A DNA stretch of 63,819 nucleotides, filler included, from Pelomyxa schiedti (taxonomy: Eukaryota > Protista > Evosea): the NCBI GenBank assembly GCA_020536535.1. It is 10 parts of 10 records of this genome, joined end to end, with 100 filler letters (N's around TTAATTAATTAA, not from the genome) between each part and the next. Parts side by side here need not be neighbours in the genome. Positions count along the whole stretch, not along the records: positions 35,668 to 53,829 come from JAHLWZ010000319.1; 9 more parts are not named here. One strand, given 5' to 3'. The position numbers were made by a program, and so were the translations under genes. Positions 35,670-45,894 of this stretch are shown here, piece after piece; within the stretch, counting starts at the first letter, position 1; each line of letters starts with the position of its first letter. The notes under the pieces were generated by a model. It made no database searches. It had not been told where the DNA came from and saw nothing but the letters and a program-made list of their open reading frames with translations.

Positions 35670-38117
35670 ATGGCATCGAAGGAGTCGGAGAAGCAACGCA
35701 TTCTGCGCCTGTCACGTGTGGTGTGGGACCAGGTAATCGTGCCGTGGATATTGCGCCCGGCGCGCGCCGCCCGCTGCTGGAACCAGCCCCTGGACCCCGG
35801 CGCCGTGGCGTGCCTGCTGCGCACGGGCGAGGCGGTGTTCCCCCTCCTCGGGCTGTGCTGCCGCGCCGCGGCGCCCTCCCACCGCGACCGCAGCCAGCTG
35901 GTCAGCGGGCACTACCGCTCGCTCGAGGACGCCGCCGCCGCCCTGTGCCCCAAGTGCATCGCCTGGATTGTGGCATCCAAGGCCAGGGACAGGCGGGCGG
36001 CCGAGGGCGATGATGTGGTGGTGGCGGCGGTGCAGGGGGGAGAGAGGGAGAGGGAGAGGGAGCGGATTCGGGCCAAGGAGAAGGTGGCGGTGCTGACTGG
36101 GCTGTGCTGCGGGGGACACCTGGATGCCGCCAGGGCGTTTGTTGGCACCAATTGCGAGCGTTGGGTTGGGGTTGGGGTTGGGGTGGAGGAGGGGCCGAGC
36201 GACGAGGTGCCTTTGCTGTGGGCATCATCGCCACTGGGAGATACTGATGTTGAAACCAGAAGAGAGCGTGAGACAGGGACCGTGGTGTGTGACAGTTCAT
36301 TTATCAACTGCTATTATGATACTTTTTTTTTTTTTTTTTCACTTTGAGGCTATTCTGTTACTTAAGTGTTCCTAGCAACATCATACTCACAGTTTGAGTT
36401 TATTCAAGATTAACCTTGTGGTAAGGTTCCACCGTCAGTGCTGTATTGCAAGTCAGCTTTCAGTTTGGAAAACGAACCGTTCCTGCTTGAGGAATTTTGG
36501 AGTGCGAGGGGTGTGTTTAAACTCACAGAGGAAGTTTGTGCAAAGGGACACTTGGATGTTCTGAAGTGGATTCTGTCGAGCTTCTTCCACATCGATCAAA
36601 GCAATAAAATAATGCTAATTCCATTTCTGTTTGAAGCGTCACGAAGCGGGCACATTGACATTCTCAAGTGGCTGGTTTACACATTTGATTTGATGATCTT
36701 TTTCGATAGTAACTTGGCAGCAGCTTATTTCCAAGCAACTAACAGTGTTCATGACCTGAAGCGCTTTGTTGAAAGCTTTCCAGACTGGCAACCTTTTTTC
36801 GATGGGGTAAAACTTGCTAAGTCAGCTGGATTGTTCCAGGGCCCTTCAACTGATGAAATCATTGAGGTATGCCAGTGGCTCAAGGATCACTTCTCACTCC
36901 GTCGGCTGGATTTCATCAACTGGGACGAGCTGTCAAAGCTCAATACCGAAGTACTCAAGTGGGCACTCTCTGATCCCACCACTTCAACTGAGTTGAGTGA
37001 AGCGTGGAATTTATCTTGCTATGAACTGAGCGATGTGGAGCTGGCAAAGTGGTTCATTGAAGAAAAGGGAATAGCACCTGACTATTGTAACTTCGCTGAC
37101 GCTTGCGGAAGTGCCTCTGACAATTTGACATTTGTTGAGTGGCTCTCCAAGCAAGTTCCCACAGGTAGTGAAGAATTGCTGATGGCTCTAAAAACCGCAT
37201 TGGCCTGCCAAAATTATTCTATTTCAAAGTGGTTGGAGCAGCGCTTCATTGAAACCACCGGTGCAAGACCGAAACTTTCACTGATGGACCTCACAGAATT
37301 TCCCCGAAAACCACACGAGGACTGGCTTGATTGGCTGTTCACTCATTCAAGCTCGTGTGACATTGACCACAGTGAAACTGAGCTTGCCAAATTGATGGCT
37401 CAAAGTGGTCACTGCAGCTCTCCGTTTCAGTTGCATGTTGCTGTTTCCACTTGGAAGAAGTTTTCTTTGTTGTCACCCATCACTCACCACAACTTGCTCT
37501 TGGACCTGCTGGGTGAGGTTCTTCCCTTCGGTTCACTGTCCCAGGTCAAGGAAGTTTTCTCCCTGGGTCAATTCTCTCACACTGAAATGCAATGGTTCCT
37601 GGACCACTATCGTCTAAAATCCAGCAAGGTTGGAAAATGGTTGGTCCGGGAGTGTACCAAATTGTGCTTCAGTGATCCTCTTGCAGCGGTAACAGTGAAG
37701 AACTTTCCATCAGCTTGTAGATTGTTTGTTGACTCAATTCGAATCAACAAGCGGGGATTTACCAAGTGGCTTTTTAACACCTTCCACGTCACTCTGAAGG
37801 AAGTAAGTGTCTCTCACTTACTCTAACGCAATGTAACCACCAAAAACAATCAACAGGTCCTTTTTGAACTTTGCCGAGACCAAGCCCCCCTACGGGGAGT
37901 CGACTTGGCCACCTGGAAGCTTCTTCTGAGGCTCTTCCCCTCAGAAATCAACTGGGAGTTGCTCATCACGAACCCACACTTGCTGGCGATTGCCAGAGCC
38001 ACCCCTCTGCATGTTGCCCTTACCATCGAAAGAGTTCCAGGGGTTACAGTTGGTGACATCACTTCAGTTCTCCCCTGGTATCAGGTTTCTTTAACACCCC
38101 AAGACCATTTATTATGA
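35670..38117 (+). CDS. Divergent ankyrin-like repeat protein, member 3
   Basis: RVVWDQVIVPWIL N-terminus; GLCCGGHLDAA, VCAKGHLDVLKWI and ASRSGHIDILKWLV repeats. The C-terminal exon (VDLATWKLLLRLFP) follows an intron after HVTLKE. Confidence 0.75.
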
Positions 38118-38265
38118 AACCACTAATGGGCAAATAAATGGCTATTGACCAGTAAGTCAACTGTGCCACCACACCCGGGTGTTTACAGCCATTGAACCAA
38201 AGTTCAACCATTTCCAGAAGAAGAAGTTCGATAAAATCACAAACATAGGAGATCTGGTTGAAGAG

Positions 38266-39540
38266 ATGAAGTGCGGGGGGTTGGTGTTTTTATTGGGGTG
38301 TGCGTTGCTGGCTGAGTGCAGCTTTAATTGGTACTGACAACAACTCATCGTGTGGTTGGTGGTATTTTTCTCAAAGGTAATAACAATGAGGATGTCTTTT
38401 TGGACACTGGACACAGCCGACGACCTCACGGCAAATGTGACACTGGGCAATTTCATTTTTGATTCCAGTTCAGATGACTTTATTCTGCAAGGTTTGTAGT
38501 ACAAGTTCCAAAAGTACCTGACAGACTGCCTGAAATTTCCAAAGCGCACAAAAATGGACTCTATGTCTTGTACGACGTGGAGCCGCTATTGTACACTACA
38601 ACCAGTGATGGGCATTATGTCCTTCGTGATGATTATATTCAACAATGGGCGTCTGCAGTCTCGTCCAAGGTGAGATTCTTTTACTCTTTATTCTCATGAA
38701 TGAGGATTGCGAGTTCCGCGCTTGGTATGACGATGGAACAATCGTTGGATTTTTCATGGGTGACGAACTCACATGGGGTGGTCTTCCTTATGCCGACTTG
38801 GTGAAAACTGGTAATTATATTCTCATGGAATTTGAGTCTTACGACCGCCAGTGGACCTTGTTGCCGGCGACTTTCCTAGTGCCATCATATATTACAACGA
38901 GGCGTATGACCCTTTGACCCTTGTTTTATCTTATATGCACCTTATGGTTGAATAAAGATGGCTTCCCTTTGTTTATGATGTGGACATCTGGAGTGAACCA
39001 ATAGGATATGAAAATATCCCCGCCAATTTGACTTGGTGGGCGATTTGGCACCTTAGCATTTGGGCTAAATTTTAAGTAGGGTGTCCATGGATTACTATCC
39101 AGATTCCGGCAGCATTAAGGATGCCCAGAACATTTACACGAATTACATTTACACCCGGATGTCAGATAACCAGCGTGCTTTGTTTGTCCCACCATGCTAC
39201 GGGACTGTAAATGATCCAGTAAGGTATTGGGTGTTCCACCTTGTTTCCGCCTAAAAAGCTATTGGCAGATATTGTGGCAGCTCTGACTGCAACGCGGCAA
39301 TGATAGATTGGGCATGGAATTCATATGACTGGATCAGCGCCGACGACCGCATGATTGGGTACACAAACTTACTCCTCAATATAACTTTGCTCATCAAACA
39401 ACACTAGGTTGAACCCGTGGCATTGGCACTGCTACGACTCGGGGCCCGAGTCTCATTACGAGAATGGCGCCGCGTGCATGGACGACGTGCGATCCAACTG
39501 GGAACAAATAACGGCCAAATTGGTACCACCCGCGCTGTAG
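38266..39540 (+). CDS. Secreted glycoside-hydrolase-like (TIM-barrel) protein, multi-exon
   Basis: Signal-peptide-like MKCGGLVFLLGCALLAEC; GFFMGDELTW, IYYNEAY, LFVPPCYG and DDRMIG-LNPWHW. Stop at 39538-39540. Confidence 0.55.
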
Positions 39541-39827
39541 CTGTAGCTGTTTCTGACCACGATCAACGATCCAGAATCCTAAAGCAAAAATCCGGCCGAT
39601 AATTTTCGAAGAAAAGGGAGGAAAACAAAAAAACCTCGCACAAGAAATTAACCAACGACAACAAGTTTAGTGTCACACCGGCAGGAAGTAGTAGGAGCGT
39701 GGGAGGGGAAAAAGAGGAGAAAACAAAAAGAACACACAACTAACAGCTGTACTAAAACAACACACAAATAATTGGCACTAGCGGCGGTCAGGAGGTGTAA
39801 AGCAAAAACCCATAATACAAGTGTGGG

Positions 39828-41915
39828 ATGTCACGCGATCTAGAACTGAGAGTTGGCAACAAGTACCGTCTGGGGCCGAAAATTGGCGGGGGTGCTTTTG
39901 GCGTCATTTACCAAGGAGTCAACGTCACAAACGGCGATGAGTGTGCTGTGAGTTTTTCTTTTCTTTTTTTTTTTTTTTTTTTTTTACGGGGAAATTTAGG
40001 TGACTTACCTTATATTTAGATTAAACTTGAACCTGTGAAATCCAAGCATCCACAGTTGTTCTTTGAGTACAAAGTGTACAAAATTCTTCAAGGTGGAGTG
40101 GGTATTCCCCAAGTTCTGTGGTTTGGAGTCGAGGGGGATTACAATGTAATGGTAATGGACTTGCTTGGGCCAAGCCTTGAAGACTTATTCCATTACTGTG
40201 GACAACATTTCTCACTGAAGGTAGTCCTTGGTTTCAACTGCACACTTCTAACTTTTTCAGACCGTACTGATGCTGGCAGATCAATTGTTAAGAAGAATAG
40301 GCAAGTTTTTCCCTTTTTCCAATCCATTTGTAATTTTCCTTGATAGAATATATTCACTCCAAGAACTTTATCCATCGTGATATTAAGCCAGGTATAAGCA
40401 CTCATTTTTTCGTTTCTTTCACAATATAAAGACAATTTCCTTATGGGGCTTGGCAGTCGTTCCACACAAGCCTATGTTATAGATTTCGGACTGGCAAAAA
40501 AATACCGTGATTCTAAGACTCATCAACATATCCAGTACAGGGAAAATAAGGTTAATTCAAATGCCAGTTTATTTCTTGAACTAATGAAGTCAGAGCTTAA
40601 CTGGAACGGCACGCTATGCCAGTGGTAAGATTTATAATTCTTTCCTCCTTATGAACCCTATTCCAGCCAATACACACCTTGGGATTGAGCAAAGCCGTAG
40701 GGATGATCTTGAATCACTTGGCTATGTCCTTATGTACTTCTGCAGGGGATCTCTTCCATGGCAAGGACTGAAGGTAATCCAATGTCCCACTCTTCTCGGG
40801 CTTAGTACTTGTTAGGCTGACACCAAAAGACAAAAATATGACAAAATATCTGAAAAAAAACTTGCAACAAGTGTGGAGCAGCTTTGCAAAGGCTTCCCTT
40901 CTGAGTTTGCCACCTTTCTGACATATTGCAAGGTAATCACCAAGTGAGATTTTCGTGTTTAACACTTCTAGTCTCTCCATTTTGAAGACAAACCTGACTA
41001 TGCTTACCTGCGCAAATTACTTAGAAACCTCTTTATTAAAGAGGGCTTCAAGTAAATTTCCAATAAATTTATATTATTAGGGATAATAATTGTAATTTAA
41101 ATTATTATCCATAGATCACTGCATGGTTAACATACCAACCATAGGTATGATGCAGTTTATGACTGGACTTTGAAAATGCAGTCCCAGCACCCTAACCCGG
41201 ACAGGAGGTTGGCTCAACCAGATGTAGTGCTTTGACTGTATCAATGACTTTTCTAACCCTTCACAGGCAAGGGAGGCACGCCCAAGTGCGGAAGGACCAC
41301 CAAGGAGCAATGGTCTTACAGGCCCTGGGGGAAATACCCGCATGTATACTGAATATGCGCCATGTATGGTCAAAATACCCAACATTTTATTACATTTAAC
41401 ACTGGAACATTGTACCAGCACCCAATGTAATGACTCCAGCCTCCCCCCAGAGTCTAACTCCGATGCGTAATCCGAGTGGAACCACACCTATGTCAGGGCT
41501 TCCTGGGCTAACAGGTCCTTCAAACACAGGCCTCAATATGGCCAACACACCCGCAACAACCACTGCAACAACCAGCACATCCACATCAGCCAACAACAAC
41601 ATCACCACACAATTACCCCCACCACCATCACACACACCACCCCAGGGCAGGGCATTCTACACACCAACCCAGTACATACCAACACACAACGGCACAAACC
41701 CACAAAACAACAACATGGGCCCAGTCACCACACAGCAACAAACCACACCATCACAAACCCCCAATGTAACCACACTTGGTGTGGATGGCTCATCAACAAA
41801 CACCACATCAAGTGGTGTTGGGGTCTCGGCTGCACCACAGACCAGGACATCCTCAGCTCCCCCACATGGCCAAAGCCGTTTTGCTGGCTTTCTCAGACAC
41901 CACAACAATTCCTGA
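39828..41915 (+). CDS. CK1: Casein kinase 1 (delta/epsilon-like), multi-exon, Thr/Asn/Pro-rich tail
   Basis: [82 protein letters not shown] and [11 protein letters not shown]. Confidence 0.97.
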
Positions 41916-42032
41916 CATAGCCCAAACCCTATCAACAAAATCCCACTGTAGAAACTTTTTTTTTTACTGGCTCATGGGCCATACAATACTTACAACATAA
42001 CTCCAAAGCCAACAAGGGTGCAAAAGGGGTAA

Positions 42033-42071
42033 CCAGCAAAAAACACTACCCTTGGTAGTGTTTTTTGCTGG
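42033..42071. repeat. Perfect 18-bp stem / 3-nt loop hairpin (second full copy at 53522-53560, right arm only at 42763-42780)
   Basis: CCAGCAAAAAACACTACC-ctt-GGTAGTGTTTTTTGCTGG. The loop is aac in the second copy. Confidence 0.9.
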
Positions 42072-42289
42072 AGNNNNNNNNNNNNNNNNNNNNNNNNNNN
42101 NNNNNNNNNNNNNNNNNNNNNNNNNNNNNNNNNNNNNNNNNNNNNNNNNNNNNNNNNNNNNNNNNNNNNNNNNACATACATTATTACACTGATGACAATT
42201 ACAACTGAATGGTGCTGCTCCCCTATTACACTCACTCACTCACTCACTCACTCCACCATGCAGTTGGTTGGTCAAAGGAAAAAAAATAA

Positions 42290-42382
42290 AAAACCGTGGT
42301 TCGGGAGGAACCGTCGACGGTGATGGGAATCGAACCCAGGACCTCGGCAAGCTTTTAAGTGGGCCCTCCTCAGCTACGCTAG
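42290..42382 (-). ncRNA. tRNA-like Pol III element (degenerate tRNA or SINE head)
   Basis: On the minus strand: A-box-like TAGCGTAGCTG and B-box GGTTCGATTCC, followed by a T-run. I could not fold a canonical cloverleaf. Confidence 0.4.
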
Positions 42383-42550
42383 GAAATCCCCCCCTGAACT
42401 CAACTTAGCAGAGGCATATGGGGACATGACTTGTTGGGTCATTATTTTAAATAATTAATTAAAAATAATATAAAATTGAATTATTTTGGCTCCTAACGAC
42501 GTTGCACAGTTACACAGTCACGCAACACTCACTTGGTGTGCATTCCCAAG

Positions 42551-42621
42551 CCCTGGTTGCGTAGTCGTCACGGCGTTAGTGGCATGACAAAGATGTTGCT
42601 GGTTCGATTCTTGGCAAAACC

Positions 42622-42706
<85 letters not shown>
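42551..42706 (+). ncRNA. tRNA-like element followed by ~80-nt poly-T
   Basis: TGCGTAGTCG (A-box-like) and GGTTCGATTC (B-box, 42601-42610), then poly-T at 42625-42706. The stems are degenerate. Confidence 0.3.
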
Positions 42707-42943
42707 CAGGGTCTCAGAGCAGATAGAGAGAATCGATCAATCCCCTGAGCCAGAGAAGAGAGGGTAGTGTTTTTTGCTGGAGACATACATTATTACACTG
42801 ATGACAATTACAACTGAATGGTGCTGCTCCCCTATTACACTCACTCACTCACTCACTCACTCCACCATGCAGTTGGTTGGTCAAAGGAAAAAAAATAAAA
42901 AACTGTGGGTAGAGAGGCGTGTTCTGGGAGTTGATCGCAGGAC

Positions 42944-45803
42944 CAAGGATGGCCGAACCTTGATTCGAAACCGAATCTTTTCTACTGTTTTTGGCCTTCG
43001 TAGAGCCTTCAGTTAGGGGTAGATTTATTCGGGTTCAATTTTTATTTTTCTCTTGTAAAATCGTTCAGTTGGTACGTAGCAACGGGACCGCCATGTCGGG
43101 AGATGAAAATGAGGCGGAGCACCCATTCCTTTCGCATATAGGATGTGGCACCAATGCACATGATGGTTGTGCCGATCTGCAGCTTGGCCGACACGGTGCC
43201 AAACACCACACCATTGTAGCACCTCAACAAACACAATCTGTACCTGTGGTTCAGGGGCACCATTTTTCCCCACCAGCTCTTGAACAACCTCTTCCGGTTA
43301 TTAGTTCCTCTCCTTGTGCTCAGATAACTTTTGTGGAGTGCAACAACCATTCTGTAGGACCACTTCTTCCACCTCCGCCTTCAATACATCAAATAGTCCT
43401 TCCAGTTTGTTCCTCCCATCCTCATATTCCAGTCTTACCCTCACAGATAACAAAGCCCAACAAAACTTCACAACCATCAGCATTCAAAAAACACTTCACC
43501 AAGCAATCTGTCCCAACAAAAGGTGAGCAACGCTGAGCTTGTAACTTTTTGCAAGAAAGACCTGTCTATACAACAAAGTGGTACTACTTCTCACTTGAAA
43601 GAGCATCTTGGTGTATGCAGTATCTTTTCAAAAACCCTTGAAGGTAAAGTCTTCTGCTTTTTCTAATAAATAATCTGGTTATTAGGGGAGCAATTAATTG
43701 CAGCTAAAATAGTCAATAGACAAAGAGCAGAAGAACCTGGGTATTGATCAAAGGAATGTTGTCTTTTCGTAAGGTTGAGGTGCCAGAAATGTGGGGAGTT
43801 GGCTTTCAACCAAAAGGTAGGCATGTTATGAAAAGTAAAGCCCAAGCTCTAGAGCAAGTGCTTCTTGAGTATGTTTTAACCATAATTTAAATAAAAAAAT
43901 TAATGAATAAACAGATGCATACAAAGTATGACAATCTTTCTGTTGTCTTGATGAAGGACATTTGGTGTTCCTCTACTGGGGAGTCCTTATTATTGTTTAG
44001 GGTCCGCTATATGGATTCTAGCTTTGTCTGTCACCAATTTACCCCAATAGTTGTTGCTCTAAGTGAACGCCACACTGCCAAATACATAGCTACCATCACA
44101 CAGGTATTCCTTAAAACCACTTTCTTTCTTGTTTTTTTAATTAGTATTTAGAATTTGATAAAAAAGTGGAAGTGGAATGTTGTTGCTGAGGTATGTATTA
44201 TTTTGAAATTGAAAACAAAAAAACAACATACTGAAGGTTACTGATGGTGCTTCCAACATGAGCAGTGCAGCACTACAAACTCATTCAATGTGGTTACACT
44301 GCTATGCACACAGATTGAATTTATGTATGGAGGCAGCATTACCAACTGAATTTATGAGTAAGGTATACTATTCACTCATTCATCACATGAGATTCTTTCT
44401 TCTCTTTACTTAGATACGATATATTGTGACTAAGATACAGCGTTCATCAAAGTGTGCTGCTATCCTCAAAAGCTATTGTACAGCTGATAATCCATACCAC
44501 CAGCCAAAACCAGTATAACTACCTTCATTAGTGCCTGTAACTTATGACAAGTAGGACCACAAAATACGCTGGTTGGGTGCTTACTTGATGGTCTCCTCCT
44601 TATCAAAGCTAGCCCACTAGAAATATTCTTTCCCCATAAAATAACTCCCCTCAGGTTACGAATTCCAATTACTTCCGCACTGGGGAATGGGCACAGTGGG
44701 TTCAATTTGAAGCGCAATTGTGAATTGTCTACCTCTGAATGGAATGACTTAGAAAGGCTGAGGGATGTGTTAGCCCTTCCATATGATGCATGTCGCTATG
44801 TGTTGCTCTCCATTTAATTTACCAATAAAATCAGTGTTCTTTGGCATTGCAATCTGATAATATGACCCTAGCAACAGCACATCAAGCAATTCAAGCATTA
44901 CAGAGAGGACTCAGTACAGAGCTCTGCTCTTATGCAAATGCAGATCAGTAATTTTATTTCCCTTCTTTATGTTTTTACTGAATCCCTCCTAGAGATATAG
45001 CCGAGAAGACTCGCAAAATATTACTTGAAGAACTTGAGACAAGGTTTTCTATGCAGGAAACTACACCTATTAATAGCAAGATAAAACTGGCAATGTGTTT
45101 AGATCCCCACACCAAAAACCTTATCTTGTGTTCTGAGGATCTAAAGCAGGTTCCTCCCAAAACCACATTTTCCCTTCTTACAGCTAATGACCACCAGGAA
45201 TGCTACCGGGAATTACATAAACATTTCCAGGCACTGAATAACAGTGGAGATGACAATGCTGTCTTGCAAATCCCTACACAAGTTCCAGAACAGCCAGCTC
45301 AGAACTTTGTAGACATGATAAAACAGGTAGACCTCACAACCCCTTCCTCATTAATATTATTGCAGAATGCTCAAGCTGCCACAACAGAAAGGGCCAGGCA
45401 GCTTGCTACTTGGAATTTAAGCAAAGAGGTGAGCACCTGCTCAGCTGACACACGAGATTGGTACCAAGCCAGGAAACTGGATAATGTACCTGGCCTGTTG
45501 GCCCTGTCCCAGCAAGTACTTGTAATTCCCCCCACTACCTGCACAGTGGAGAGAGAAGGGAAGACCGCAGCAGACTTATGGAATTTTCAGACTGCCCGCT
45601 TTTTGCCAAGTATTGTCTGTATGTTGCTCTTCTTGCATGAAAATGTTCTGGACATTAAGGAACTTCCATTGTAACACAGTAACCACAATAAGAAAACAAG
45701 AAATGTCTAGACATTCTATTTCTAAATCGAATCGAAGGTGTGATTCGAACCAACCTTCGTTTACGAAGGTTACGTCGATTTTTTCAGTGTTCGGCCATCC
45801 TTG
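42944..45803 (+). mobile_element. hAT DNA transposon, full length but transposase inactivated
   Basis: Perfect 15-bp TIRs CAAGGATGGCCGAAC (42944-42958) and GTTCGGCCATCCTTG (45789-45803). 8-bp TSD cgcaggac/cccacgac. BED finger CNFC...HLKEH, KDIW, VTDGASNM, CYAHRLNL and C-terminal dimerisation domain TVERE. A TGA and a frameshift occur near 43534-43550. Confidence 0.9.
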
Positions 45804-45894
45804 CCCACGACCATCTCTTCGGCAAAAAACCCATCTTTGAAGTTGGGCATTAGTTTTCATTTAACTTGGAAACTTTTTTTTCTCCTTTTTAAAT

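Noticed and set aside
42033-42071. Hairpin as a CACTA transposon (CACTA...TAGTG)
   Set aside because: Only 7 nt separate the two motifs and there is no 3-bp target-site duplication.
43534-43536. In-frame TGA at a Trp position of the hAT BED finger as evidence of UGA=Trp recoding
   Set aside because: A frameshift follows within a few codons, conserved genes here use TGG for Trp, and TGA is used as a normal stop (CK1, CR gene).
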